Source: Octopus sinensis (lineage: Eukaryota). Taken from it: a DNA stretch of 64,000 bases. A program made the translations under genes and the position numbers. Numbering within the stretch: the stretch's first letter is position 1; each line of letters begins with the position of its first letter. A model generated the notes under the pieces. That model saw only the letters and a list, made by a program, of their open reading frames with translations. It did no database searches and was not told where the DNA came from. The stretch is taken from positions 30,194,001 to 30,258,000 of the forward strand of contig NC_042999.1 of the NCBI RefSeq assembly GCF_006345805.1. The letters run 5' to 3'. This document shows, one piece after another, positions 14,396-28,240 of the stretch.

Positions 14396-14715
14396 ACTAT
14401 GTCATTGTAAGAAAAAAATTTATAATATTCTTCAGACATATTGACTCAAATATATATTTTTTAACCTTTTAAAACAAGCCTTGTTTAGTTTTTTCACTTT
14501 TTACTATTTTCTATATATATATATATATATATATATACGTTTAAATATTTGTTGTGCAAGATTTTTTATGTGAAGTCGTGTGTTGAAACAGATATTGTTA
14601 TATTTCGGAATGGTCATATTGCCAGTTTAGCCAATAAAAACACACGCACTATATATTTGGTGTTATTTTGCTTCAGTGATATTTATTTTTTACATTAATC
14701 TTAATCTTATTTCGT

Positions 14716-14755
14716 CCAAAGTTCTTTCGTCACACTCCTGTGACCGCATCAGTGG
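14716..14755 (-). ncRNA. Hammerhead-ribozyme-like motif downstream of the Naiad-like PLE
   Basis: Minus strand CCA-CTGATG-CG-GTCAC(AGGAGT)GTGAC-GAAA-GAA-CTT-TGG: 5-bp stem II, 3-bp stem I, A9 altered. Confidence 0.5.
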
Positions 14756-15111
14756 TCCTTTGTTTTCTTCTCATTTATTTGTGTCTCTCCTTACTAATCG
14801 TCAGCCATTTTGTTTTTCTATTGTATGTCTTCATTTGCGCATGCTAATATCTCTATGTGCGTCTATGTTTATTTAGTGTGTGTGTGGGGGATGCCTGTAA
14901 TATTTGCATCTTTTGTTAATATACGTTCTTGTAATTTGTATGTTGTATTTTGTTTTTGTTGTTGTTGCTTTTGTTCTAATTTTGTTCATGTGTTTACATC
15001 CACCCATTATTATAAGTACATACGCTTGTATATATGTATAACAACAATATTAGTAATAATAATAAATCTAATCGAAAAAAAATAGATATATATACTCATA
15101 CACACACATAT

Positions 15112-15184
<73 letters not shown>

Positions 15185-15239
15185 ATATATACATACATAG
15201 ATATATATATACATATATATAGTTATACATTTCTATTTG

Positions 15240-16325
15240 TTTATTTATCTGTGTATTTATTATGTTTTCAGGATCCTCTATCGTCATATGTTGCGGCGTG
15301 CTATTGCTCCATTCTAGTTTTCTATTCAGGCTAGGTTTATTTTCTATTATATGTGTAGCTTCTGTAATTTGTCTAATTGTTGCATCTGTTCTATGTGTGG
15401 ACAATATCTTAATCTCTATGTTATTGATTGATCCCCCGTGTTCCTGTTCGGCGTGTTGGTACAGAATCGATGAGACTTTACCTTCCTTGCGTTGTCTCCA
15501 ATGTTCATTCACCCGCTCTCCTTCTTGCTGTTTCCCCTACGTATGTTACTGTCTTGTTACTGCATCGTCCCTCTATACATCTTATACTATAGACTACATT
15601 TCTGGCATTACAGTTTGTTTGTGGGCTCAATCTACATACAGTGCAATAGTTATCCGTACAGAGGGTTCTACTAAAAGGATAGGTTCTACCAATTATAGAT
15701 TTGATAGGGTTGCCTTGCTTTTCAACAACCTTAATTCTTAGTTTAAGCTTATCTAGGGTCCTTCTAAAGCGGTACGCCAGTTCACCTCCAGGGGTGGTGT
15801 CAACGAACATGACACTCTGGTATTTATGGCTATCATACCAAGAGTTGGCCTTCTCTATTTTCTTTTTTTTTTTGTCCTTTCTATAGTGTTCCATGACTTG
15901 TTCCTATAGATTGGGCAAATCCCATCCCTATCATTACATAATATATTATCATATTTCTTCATGGCTCCTTTGTATACTCTGATCCTTTCTTTATGGCTGT
16001 AACCTGAGAACTGCATGCGGTGAATGAAATACTGTAGGCTCGCACATGCGTGACACATTTCTCATTATTCTGACGATGTCTGCCATCAAAATATTGAATT
16101 TGGCATTGCCCGCAATGGCTGAGTTCCGGTGGATCAGGTGTTTTGAAGCCATAGGTTTTGCATAGTATGAATGAAGGATTTGGGTTTTATTTTTCACAAT
16201 TTCTAGCCAGAGTTCAGTGTCTAGTACTGGTAGTCTATGGTTGGGGTGTTTAGTGGGGTAATCTATTGTGACCTTAATACTCTGTCTAGCTTTCCCTGTA
16301 TTCTGAAATATCTTGGCACTTCATT
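15240..16325 (-). mobile_element. Penelope-like element (Naiad-like), 5'-truncated and frameshifted: RT C-terminus, Cys-rich linker, GIY-YIG
   Basis: SIKVTIDYPTKHPNHRLPVLDTELWLE, YYAKPMASKHLIHRNSA, RMQFSGY, VMFVDTTPGGELA..IKVVEKQG, CTDNYCTVC...CNARNVVYSIRC...TYVGETAR, RQITEATHI. Confidence 0.85.
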
Positions 16326-16752
16326 TCTCAGCAGTAAAATTTTGTGAATATATTTTCTTCGTTTATGCCTTGTTTCAATTGTGAATTAGCTTGAATAATA
16401 TTACACAAGTTTATTAATTACTTGAGTAGAACAAAGATTATTGCATTTCGTCATGAGACAATTACCGATGTGACATAAATTTAGAGTTAGCAGCCGGATA
16501 TTGATGAGCCAATTATATTCATTAAGGTACCATTTTATGAATTAGAACTCTTTATTGGTTAGAAACAATTTCTCATCTGATGTCGCATCGCGCAAACGTT
16601 GTAACTCAAATATAGTGACACACTAACAATATATTGGTACTCCTCATTTATCCATGCACTACACGGAACGTATTGTTTTGCTCGTTTCTTCATAGTACTT
16701 TATCAATATTGTATGCATGCATTAATGTTTGTACACACGCACATACACACAC

Positions 16753-16815
<63 letters not shown>

Positions 16816-17032
16816 CCATCTACGCACATACACACACATATATTATGTACGATCAAAAAGTGTGGAGTAAACTAGTATTTAAAATATAGCAATAAATCAA
16901 TAGCTTCTATAAACAAATAGATACTATGAATTTTATATATTAGGTTATATACAAGGTGATGATCTAGTAGAGTTTTTAGTACACTGGAAAAACGCCTAAC
17001 GCCGTTTTATCCGGTTTTACGTTCTCACTTAC

Positions 17033-17153
17033 ATGCAGCCGATATCGGTTTTGCCGTTCTTCCTTCCCAGATCAATAAAAGAAGAACAAGTTATAAACAT
17101 GTATCGATGTAATCTATTTACCCCTGCCCGAAATTCTTGCCTTGCGCGAAAAT
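17033..17153 (-). other. Candidate 121-nt exon with one open frame (xFRARQEFRAGVNRLHRYMFITCSSFIDLGRKNGKTDIGCx)
   Basis: Branch-like CTAAT, acceptor TTGGTTTCAG, donor CAT|GTAAGT. No homology recognised. Confidence 0.25.
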
Positions 17154-18052
17154 CTGAAACCAATATTAGTTTACATGCAAACAGATTCAATTATATAACC
17201 AAATGTATATATATATTCGACGTCTAAGCTAATATGATATGGTAAATTAATATTTCAAACAAGTCAGCTAAATCTTTAAAAACATATTAAAATACGCATT
17301 GAAAATGCTGCTTTCTAAAGTTTTGTTTTATTCACTAGAATTATAAATTTGAGGACCATTAAATTAAAATCAATTCAAACGAACAAAAACCAGGAGGGGA
17401 ATGTCCACGTACTCGCTAAACTCGTCAAAATTTGAAGCGGAGATAACACTTGCATATCACAGTTCCCCGTCTTAAAATTTATAGACAAGCTGAGAATGTA
17501 GACCTTGATGATAAACAATAATGCATATGTTCTCAAAAGGCGCATATAAATAGCTTAACAACAAGATTTAAAATACATAGATTATATCAGTGTGTTATCA
17601 AAAAGTGCTTTAGACCGAAAATAGTAGCATTTTCCTTGAATGTAGTATACATGTAACTCCGAGTAACGAAAATCACATTCCATCAAGGAAGAGTTATACA
17701 TTCCAGTGGGCCTAATTTTGTCAGGACCACTTGATCCATAATTTCAGTTTTGCTTCCTTTAATGCCACAAGATTAGAAATTGAACGACTTACTGGTATAT
17801 TGTTGAGGAGTAAGCAGTCCGTAAATTATAAAATATAAATCGATGGCATCTCAAGGAGAGCATTCATAATGTGGTAGTAATACCATCCCGATAATAACTG
17901 AAAATTTGTTTTAATAGTTTAATGTTGTATGCAGCTTGAAATTCTTTAATACTATAGTGCAAGTCATTTCGCACAAACATACCAAGAAGAATCATCTGAA
18001 AATTGTTTAACCATACATAGATACACACATATAAATATATAAATATAGATTA

Positions 18053-18144
<92 letters not shown>

Positions 18145-18256
18145 TACATACATATAGATAGATATAGATATAGATATATAGATAGAGAGTTAGATAGATA
18201 AATACATCTCTCTCTCTCTCTATCTATATATATATATATAAGTATATATATATGTA

Positions 18257-18300
<44 letters not shown>

Positions 18301-18522
18301 ATATATATTTGTATATATGCATGCATACATTCGTATATCTGTGTGTGTGGGTGTGTATGTGGGTAGTTGTATATGTGGGTGTATATCTTTGTCTGAATAT
18401 CAATCTGATTTTATGTATAAATATATATTGACCCATATCTTTATTAGCCTATATTCACTGATATATATGTTGGTTTATATATATACATTTGCATATGTAT
18501 GCATCTATGATTGTATGTATAT

Positions 18523-18591
<69 letters not shown>

Positions 18592-18999
18592 TTACACACG
18601 TAAATATACATATACCTATATTCATATATGTACACTTTTAATATTTGATGTCTGTCTCTACGTATCTATGTGTGCGTTTGCGTTTGACAGCGTATGTATG
18701 TGTGTGTATGAAGCTATAACTATCAACCAATGTCGCTGTTTTCATTTTATACCTATGTCCACACTAGTATGAGACCGACGTAATGATTAGATTAAGTTCA
18801 GATACTATTCCATCAGAGTGTTATTAACAAGAAATGTTATTACGAAAAATCGATATTTCAGAAGAAGCCACTGAAAGAATCTGAGAGAATTTAATTACAG
18901 GAATATGTTGGAGAGGGCAATTGTGGGTTCACCCCCATCGTCGTTTCCAACAAATTCGTGGAGATATCTTCGTCAAAATCGTCATCATTATCCAGACAA

Positions 19000-19128
19000 A
19001 AATTAAATCATCACCATCATCCTCATTATAATTATCATCATCATCATTATCATCATCATCGTCATCATCATCATCACCACCACCAACACCATCATCACCA
19101 CGACCATCACCACCACAATCATCATCAC

Positions 19129-19159
<31 letters not shown>

Positions 19160-19700
19160 GTCGTCGCCATCGTCGTCGTCGTCTTCGTCATCGTCGTCGC
19201 CGTCGTCATCAGCAGCACAACCATCACCATCATCATAATGATAAGCCTGTTTGTTAATATTGTTACTGCAATTCTCCACCAGAGTCATGGTCTCCGCTAC
19301 CTTCGTCAGCATTTAAAGCAACAGCAGCACCTACATCAGCGTTGGCTCCCTTCTGTCGTCGTTATCATTATCAGCCTCAGCAGCGTTTACACCGCAAACA
19401 CAACGACAATCACCACCTCCACCACAACACTGCCATCATCAGCATCGTCATGGTCGTCGTCATCTTTGTCGTCATCGCTGTCACCGTCATCGTCAAAATA
19501 ATCAATAACTTCGTCAGGTCCATCGTAATCATCATCGTATTTCATGACAATCCTCGTTAATATCTTCAATTTTGAAGAAATGACGAGAATGAATAATCAA
19601 TAGTAGGAATACTTTATGATAATCTAATACTAAAATACCTATATGTACCGCCATCGCCATAAACATCATCATGATAATCGATCTTCTCCTCGTCATTGTC
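19000..19700. repeat. Degenerate (CAT/CGT/CAC)n trinucleotide microsatellite
   Basis: Long imperfect triplet tract giving poly-His/Asp/Met ORFs in several frames. Confidence 0.85.
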
Positions 19701-20689
19701 ATAATGGTGATCAATTTAACAACTGTATACGTGACATTATAAGTATCTTGAAATTCCTCATTTCATGTGTTTAATCCTCACACATCTTTACTAAGCATAA
19801 TTTGTATGATGAGGAAATAAGCTGAAAGTAATGGAGACTATATGTTTTAAGAAAAATACATGAATATTGTAATAATATACACGAATAAAATATATGATAT
19901 TCACCTCTAACCTCTGACATGCAAAATCAGAATATTGAATGTGACGTAAAGTTTTATCGTTTACGAAATGCGCGTACAGCAAGAATATGCTCAATTAATG
20001 GACTGAGTAAGCTCTGAAAGCATTCATATAGAAACCGAAAACACAAAAGAATATAAATAATTAATTATAAGAAAGAAATCATGTCAAACACATGCAGCTG
20101 TACTTAATGCTAATCTGACAAAATTCAAGAAAGTCCATTAGTGTTTGTAAATGTCTAATCCGAAAATTATCTAGACACCATCTGGGATTCTTTTCAATCC
20201 AATTTTGCCAGATTTGATCACCATCATATTTATTTTCAGTAAGGATAGTGTTTCCTGAATGCTCGTTGCCATTTTTTTCAAGAAAATTTTCCTTTGGCTT
20301 GTGACGGCGAACAAACTGAAATAACCATTCAGCAAGTGTATTCTCGTCAAAATTATTTGTGCTTCGGCGGAAATTCAGTCCAATATTTTGCACCAAACGG
20401 CTGCAGATTTGTAAAATACTTCAATATGAATATTAACATAAATTATTCTGAATTAGCTACAGCTCCAGATTTCAAAATGTATGAGGAGAAATAAGTTTGC
20501 GCGTTATTAACATCATAATCTGGAGGTATGAATGGAATAACAGGAACATTTCATTAAATTCACGCAAAAGTGTTTAAATAGTTTTTTTTTTCCTTTCTAT
20601 TTCTTTTTCCTTTCCTTCTCTATTCTCTTTCCTTTTGTTTCTTTTCCCTCTTATTTATTAATTTCTTTTTGCAAGTTGTATAACTGAAT

Positions 20690-21050
20690 GTTGGATACTG
20701 ATGAGTGGATGGCAGTTGCTCTCGTTCAGATTTCGGATTTGAATTTTTATAATTTTGAATTGTTCACTCTTCGTCGAAAAAGATAGTCTTGCAGTCGAAA
20801 TACCGTTCAACCAATAACATCGCATTCGGCTGATGTTGCATGCTCCGTTGACCAACAAATAGTCAATAAGGACGGCGAAAACATAACCAACTGCAACTCT
20901 CAAATGTACGAAATAGCCCGGTTTAGTACAATGAAGAAAGTGAAGATAGTGCCAATTACTTTTGGGACCTTGGGAACAGTATCAGAAGGCATCAATAGCA
21001 ATTTAAAGGAAATTTGAAAACACTGCCATGTAGATCTGTTACAAGTATAA
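20690..21050 (+). mobile_element. R4/Dong-clade LINE 3' fragment (endonuclease end)
   Basis: MKKVKIVPITFGTLGTVSEGI and LLGTASITKKVLD parallel the C-terminus at 2600-2770. Confidence 0.7.
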
Positions 21051-21831
21051 CTCCTTGGCACGGCCAGTATAACTAAGAAGGTATTAGATGAAAATAACGG
21101 TTAGCATGGTACTGTAGACTGGAATGGCTATGTATATAGCTCTGCATTATGTGTTATTTTTTATGGCTTTAATACGAAATATAACACTAAATTGTTAATA
21201 TAAAACTGCCATGGTATTACCGTGAGATTATTATTGTTTCATCATTCAGTCTATGGTACCTATTATCATAACGATACAGAGAGTAGCTAATGTGGCAATT
21301 TATTGAGGTAATAATCGCACAACGAATGTTGTTGATAATCTTCTCTGCGTTGTTTAATAGTTGAAGTAGCGAGGTGAAAGAGCCTTTCCTCGGGTCTTAG
21401 TATACTCTAAAAAATCTGTAACACAATACAATTCAATGTCTTACCGCATTGTTCTAAACAATGAGATTGATTATTCGAATCTTCCAATCGCCCCCGTGGC
21501 GAAATGCTCAGCAATTCTTGAACTTTAATCGACAGCAAAAGGATAATATTGTTTTACTAATTAACGTAATGCCAAAGATCGATTTGTAAGCTTATGTTTC
21601 CGATTTCCTGAATTTTACTCCGATTTTAAACTGCAGATCTCTAAATTGACCTATTTTTAAGGCACATAATATTTTCATGTAAATATTACTTCGTTTTATT
21701 TAGTTCCGTAAATCACACGGTGCACTAATTCTTGCAAATTCAGTAGAAATACGGTAGAAAGCCTGAAACATAATACAGAGGCATATGAATCAGTAATTAA
21801 TATTTTCTCATACACTATATATAAGGGAATG

Positions 21832-21985
21832 AAGGCACGTGGCTTAGTGGTTAGGGTGACAGCATCCTGATCATAAAATTGTAGTTTCGATTCCTGGACA
21901 GGGTGACGCGTTGTGTTCGTGAGCAAAACACTTCATTTCACGTTGCTCCAGTCCACTCAGCTGGCAAAAACGACTAACGCATGTG
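21832..21985 (+). mobile_element. tRNA-derived SINE with CORE-like segment
   Basis: GGCACGTGGCTTAGTGGTTAGG (A box), GTTTCGATTCC (B box), then GTGTTCGTGAGCAAAACACTT. Confidence 0.7.
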
Positions 21986-22469
21986 CCATTGAGACCGGGA
22001 AACCATGAGCATGGATAGGCTTTAAAAGGGGCGCATTTATAATTTCTTTATTTTATCTGAGAGAAGCGGTACTAATTTAGAGCGTCAGCAAAAGTCAGGC
22101 ATAAATTATAGACTATTTGAGTGTGTAGTACTATAGCCCAATTATGCTGCAAATATGTGAGTTAATAAAAAACATTAATTTTGTCTTGAGAAGGGCGCAT
22201 AAGTTCAACGCAATCGGATAAAGAAATAGTAATTAGGATTTATATCAGGCACGTTCAAATGCCATGCGAATACTCTTTTAATATAAGCGTGTCAAACATA
22301 TTGAAAACTCTGGTTAATATTATAATTTAGTATAACTGCTCAGTGTGTAACAAAATCTTTCTCAGTAGCTGCTTCGTCAGTAGTCCGCTTGGTAGTTTAT
22401 GGGGAAGGTACATTAGTAAAATTAAGAGTTGTTCTCGGTAATCGTTGACCTTACTTTTTTCTTCGGTTC

Positions 22470-23720
22470 TGTTAAGCGGTAATCACTATGGGAAGTTCCG
22501 AAAATGCTTGGTATACGTGACAAGATGTTCAAAGTTATCATCGCCTTTCATGGGGGAATGAAGGCTCTGTCGTATCAAGTGGGGAATCTTCGGCTTCCTT
22601 TGACGTTACAAAACAAGGTTTTGTTATAACTCCTGTTTTGTTTGCACTCTTCTTTACAATGATGCTGAACTATATACATTTGGTGACATACACAGTGGTG
22701 TCAAATTCCTGTTTTGAAAATGTTGTGAACAATTTAAGCACCAGTGTTTCGAAGACAGAATACTTCCAGTTATCAGTATCATTCGTGGTCTAATTTTTGC
22801 AGATCATACAGCACCAGAAGCGACCTAATTTGGGGAGGCTCGGGAAATTCTAGTCCTGTTTTCTACTGCATGTAAAGACTCCGCTTTGACCATCAGCATA
22901 AAGAAGATAGAGTTAATGCACCAACTTGTCCTACCCTTAAAATACTTTGCAAAAAATAGAGTCCCATTGTTCACAGTTTTCTGACACACATATACAGGTT
23001 GATGGAAAAGACCTAAATTATGCGAAGTCATTTGCATATTGTGGTGGATAGTGAATTCGAGTGCATCCCTTGATGATGAAAGCGCCAACCATCTTTCTAA
23101 GGCTATCAACCTATTTGGGGAACTTCGTCATCGCCCATGGTTTGAAAGGGGGATACAACTTGACACAAAGTACAGATATATAAGGATGCCATTCTTATGA
23201 CTCCCAGAATAACGGTTACCCTTCCACAAGGACTGTCTGAGGACAATCTGCGGTTAATCCCTAAAAGACAATGTTTCTAATGCCGACCTAATTAGCAAGT
23301 GTAATGTTGGTGGAATCGATAGCTTCCTTGTGCAATCACAATTGCGCTGGTCTGACCATGTCATCAGAATGATTGACGGAAGTATACCCAAAGTGTCAAT
23401 GTACAGCCAGCTTGTGAGTGGGTACAAGAATGTTGGTCGACCATGACTCAGATATAAGGACAAGCTGAAGAGTAACTTCATAGAAATGAAAAATAGCTCA
23501 CAACAAGTTTGAGTGAACAGCCTTGGAAAAAAACAAAATGGAGATTGTTGTGTGAAAATGATGTTAGAAGCGTAATTTCAACCAGCATTAACAGGCTTCA
23601 GGGTCAAAGGTAAAAGAGAAAAGTGACTGTAAATATACAACCTGCACTGATCTTTAACCCTCATGCTTGCAGCATCTGTAGCTTCCTTTGCATATCGTTG
23701 GAGGGACTTGAACATCACAT
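22470..23720 (+). mobile_element. Degraded RTE-clade LINE (RT and C-terminal region)
   Basis: KMFKVIIAFHGGM, KQGFVITPVLFALFF, RGLIFAD, LTISIKKIE, QSQLRWSDHVIRM, GRP.LRYKDKLK; many indels and stops. Confidence 0.8.
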
Positions 23721-23839
23721 CAGAGAAAAGAAGCAGTTCATTGTCGGTGTCTCATACGTCGAAACCTACGGGATACTCCTATAAACACACACTCTCACAC
23801 ACACGCATATATAGTCAAAATTTACAGAAAAACAAAAGA

Positions 23840-24078
23840 CGAACACAAGGGTATAAACAAAAAGCACGTGCATTAGTTTGACGCTAGGGAAAGCGAGGAA
23901 GATTTTTACGTTTCGAGCCTACGCTCTTCAACAGGAAGAAACACGGGGAAATAATCAGAGACAAAATAAAAACTTGTGGATTTAGCGATCAATACATACA
24001 TGTATATACACACGTACGTAGGTGAGTATGTATGTATAAAAGTATGTATATATATATATATGTATGTATGTATATAAG

Positions 24079-24144
<66 letters not shown>

Positions 24145-24345
24145 CGGGAAGCTTTATGAAAATAACCAAAAGACGAAGGCAGGTGGTAAACAAACGAACA
24201 ATTGTATTAGTATGGCGCTCAGGAAGTATAAATAAAACAAGTCTTTAACGTTTCGAGCCTACGCTCTTCAACAGAAAGATACACAGAGAGAGAAAAACAC
24301 AGAAAGAAGGAGAGAAAAAAAAATGCGTGCAGTAGCTAACGAATC
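23840..24345 (-). mobile_element. Two partial tandem copies of a ~200-bp TA-flanked repeat (family Z), each with a hammerhead-like motif (23903-23937, 24243-24278)
   Basis: Minus strand CTTT-CTGTTGA-A-GAGC(GTAG)GCTC-GAAAC-GTT-AAAG. Homologues at 28110-28240 and 61555-61735; weaker trace at 8140-8350. Confidence 0.7.
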
Positions 24346-24374
24346 AACAATGCGATATATATATATATATATAT

Positions 24375-24470
24375 GTGTGTGACCGTGACCGTGTGTGTAT
24401 CGTTGGTGATTTTTTTGACGAAGAGCTCCGCTCGAAACAATGAATCCTCCTTCATTCTTTACTTTCCTGA
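24375..24470 (+). mobile_element. Partial copy of sister family W with a hammerhead-like motif
   Basis: TTGACGA-A-GAGC(TCC)GCTC-GAAAC at 24415-24438, then TTCCTGAGC shared with family Z. Confidence 0.6.
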
Positions 24471-24484
24471 GCAAGGTGATTTGA

Positions 24485-24660
24485 AGCGTACCACCAAAAG
24501 CCTAATCATTGCTGCACACAACCAGGCTATACCAATTAAGTGATGTATAACGCCAATAAAACTTCTGACACCAAGAAAGGATATTTCTGGAAAGAAAGTG
24601 GAAAATGTGACCTACGTGGGAATAGAAATACAAGTAAGATGATTTGGAAATATTTTCTCC
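24485..24660 (+). mobile_element. Short R4/Dong-like fragment
   Basis: IAAHNQAIP resembles the IAAQDQ motif at ~2140; the rest is decayed. Confidence 0.35.
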
Positions 24661-25508
24661 CCGAACACATGCTACATATATACACATATATAAATATAAA
24701 TAAATATATATATATATATATATATAATATATAATATATATATATATATCATCGAAATTGTTTATGAATCTGAAACGATCTGTCCCTCCTTAATATAAAC
24801 ATATGAGGTAAATCTATTTAACATTTACATACCTTATACTGCCAAATTTAAAACTCAACCCGCTGGATATTTCGTCTCATATAATTGCCATATCTAGGAC
24901 ATACAATTTCTATTATTGATATATGAAAATTCCTTTTTAACCTAATTTACAACAACGTAACACTCCATGCAATAAATATGAAGTTTTAAATATTCAAAAG
25001 GAGAAGAAGAAAAGAAAATATCCATACCAATATCAGAAAGAAGATACAATAGAAACTAATTTACTTATTGATCTTGCGAAATAAAATCCAATAATATGTT
25101 ACTAAATAGTGAGGCGTAATCGCATTCATTGTTACAGAACAGGGGAATAGGGCTATTGGGATACATGTTTAGTGACTTTGGATTCGATATATTTCATGCC
25201 GAGTGACTTTGCATTCGATATATTTCATGCGGAGACATAATTCCGATCTAGAATCACATATCTGAGCATAGGATCAGCACTCTTGCAATTAGCAGCACTG
25301 ATTTAAGAAGTTCGTTATCAGCCAAAAGTTTTTTGAACATCATTTTTTGTCTTGCAAGAATTGTTCGTTTGATCAGTACAGTACGTTATGTAGTTTAGCG
25401 CTTTACATATTTCCATGTCCCGATTACCTTCATAACTAGGGTTTTGTATTATTGTGCAACTGTTGCTCCTTAACACAAACACGCTGAGGGTTTCTTTCAG
25501 TCTCATTA

Positions 25509-25543
<35 letters not shown>

Positions 25544-25738
25544 ATCCTTCTGCGCGACAGTCCATTATATAATGCGATAATTAAATATCTTTCCCTCATG
25601 CAACATCATTATATATTTCACGTGAATACGATTTTAGTAGATGCCAGTCAAATTTCTTATCTTCTTCGCACACGTGGTGCAATCTGTTTCATTGACTATT
25701 TAACCCCTCTCTCTTTCTCTCTCTCTTTCTCTCTCCCC

Positions 25739-25774
<36 letters not shown>

Positions 25775-25989
25775 GAATACACACTCACACACACATACAT
25801 ATATTATATATATATAATATGCTTTCTCACCATGAACATTAGTGCTTCAACATGCAATGCGAACATATATATGGACGGGCGAATGCGAAAAGGCTTGCTC
25901 ACAAGGGAAAAGGAATATAGCACCACCAATTTTTAAGAGTATCGGCTGACAATGTCATAGTCTGACCAACGTATTTTCTCGGAATGTGA

Positions 25990-26920
25990 TCAAATGGATT
26001 TATCTTTTAAGGCATTTCCACTTGTAAAACACACATTTAATCCATCGTTACTACTTGTCATCAACAGCAGGAATGACTTTATAATCACTACGATATTTGT
26101 TCTCAGTCAAGTGTATAATCATAATGTTAGGGAATGGATGATAGTCTGATGTGACCAAATAAAGAGAATTGTAGTGGTTGATCGAACAGTTATAAACACC
26201 AGTGACAAACATCTCATTTAATCTAAGGACGTGCAAGCTGGAGTGCTGTCTCAATGAAGCAGAGACTTTCGCAACTGCCTCAGAATGTTGGCACAGTACT
26301 CTCCATTTCTGGCGTGGACCTTTTAACGATAGTTAATAAACACAATTCATTTTGCATACCATAATTTTGAGGCCATCACATTCACTACAGAGGAGGCAAC
26401 ATTAGCCTACTTTGGAGCAGATCAGATGGGATGTTTCCACGGAATAGATTGTACCTTTGTACCTGATTGCAAGGGATGAACCCAAAACTGATCTGTGTTA
26501 CGAAGCGTGCAAGGAAGCCACAGGTGTCTGCCTGAAACAATGTCAGATTTTCCTGTCATGTGACCAGATTACTGCCCTGTTCAGATTTCAAAAGACAACG
26601 AACAGAAACCTTGGATTTGCTAAGTTTATTGTGAAAAATATACTCAACTCTACCACAAAATATGCTAGCAGCATTAAATTTATAGTTAATGACATGTCAC
26701 CCATTAGCATGTGGTTAACATGATCAATGATTTCCTTGGTGGTGGCAGTTTTAGTTAATCTTCAAGACCCTTTCCTTCCATTGCGAAATTCAACTTCCCA
26801 CTTTTGCACTGGGGAGTCATCCGTAAGGTAGCAACCAAATCAGCATCAATGTCCTTAGAGGAAACACCGTTGTTTGCAGGTACATGATTATGGCACGAAG
26901 CAAAATTCTGTCCGTTTTCA
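25990..26920 (-). mobile_element. Decayed mariner transposase
   Basis: VQKWEVEFRNGR, KTATTKEIIDHV, ENLTLFQAD..GFLARFVTQ, NGEYCANILRQL, SDYHPFPN, HLTENKYRSD; many frameshifts; TIRs not seen. Confidence 0.8.
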
Positions 26921-27956
26921 AGTCAATCACTAATAATAATCTTTGAAGTCTTCTTCGAAAAGTCAGATACTCGAATGAAACAATGCAGTTGTCAATATAA
27001 TGGTGAGAATTTGGTAAATGCAAGATTTTACAGATCCTATGTAACTCTTTTATAATCAACGCGTGAACTTCTCAGCCCACCATTGTACGGTGCACATTGT
27101 TCTGGAAGGACTTTGGGGGCTCTGGCCAGGAAATATTGCATTTTCTCCTCCCTACTGGAGCTGGATACTAGGTGGCCTCCAATAACCTTAATATGGGACG
27201 GAGAAGAAAATCGAGCAAGCAATGTGGAACAACTTTGACCGAATGTCCTGCCAAAATGCCTGTTCAGTTGGACATACGACAAGACCATTGCAAATATCCT
27301 CACGTGGAATGATCTACAAATGGTTATGTCAACTACACTGCAGCTATAAGCACCAGAATTTCAGATTCCTAACGGAAACAACAACGCTGCTAACAAAGGA
27401 AATATTATAAGCGTGCAAACTCAAACTAGGTGATGTAAGTGGACCTTGATGGCAGTCTCGTCATTCCTGAGGACGTAGGAGTGGCATCAGTTTACCAGAA
27501 ATTTCCTACTCTCCATAACCAAGCAAATAATCATCGTAATCGGTCTGCTATTAACCTGGGAATAATGATTCTATAATGTTCACCGCTTAAATTAAACCAG
27601 TTAGTTTCTATTGAAGTCAAATGAATTAACAAAGCCAAAAAGAATATAAACAAGGCAGCTGACAAGATTTTGGAGTTTGTGGCTGACGAGTGACTGTAAG
27701 TGGAGCAATTTTCAGTTATTCCTTTCATGATAAGGAGAATCCTACAGGATAGGAAACGAAATGCTGGCTACTCTGAGATACATGCTGACAATATGAAAGG
27801 ACTCCCAATATTCCAATGAATTAGAAGAGCTTGTAAAACCTCCCAGTTGTTCCTCCAGTTTCTGATACTTCTTTTTATATAATTCAATCAAAACAATATC
27901 AGAAAATTTACAATACTGCAATGAGTACAATCAGGAATTAGAAATTTTGATGATGA

Positions 27957-28016
<60 letters not shown>

Positions 28017-28109
28017 AGAAAGGTAGGTAGGTAGGTAGATAGATAGGTATGAGCGCATAAGTATATATACGTAAATGAATTATGTTTGTGTACAAAGGTA
28101 TAGATAGAT

Positions 28110-28240
28110 ATAAAGGGAAAGTTTACTAAAATAAACAAAAGACGAAGACAGGTAGTGGACAAAGAAACAAATATATATTTGTATAGCGCTCAGGAATGGA
28201 AAAATGTATTTTACGTTTCGATCCTACGCTCTTCGTATAT
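28110..28240 (-). mobile_element. Family Z fragment with a truncated hammerhead-like motif
   Basis: ACGTTTCGATCCTACGCTCTTC at 28213-28234 plus the GCGCTCAGGAA flank. Confidence 0.55.

Noticed and set aside
18929-19714. Asp-rich, His-rich and Met-rich ORFs resembling acidic matrix proteins
   Set aside because: They arise in several frames on both strands of a degenerate (CAT)n tract; no signal peptide or splice support.
25171-25230. 31-bp-period direct repeat considered as a CRISPR-like array
   Set aside because: Only two adjacent units, no spacers, and a eukaryotic context; a simple slippage duplication.
27070-27900. Possible very old LINE remnant (also 32700-32900)
   Set aside because: Only faint resemblance to R4-like motifs; could not be aligned convincingly.
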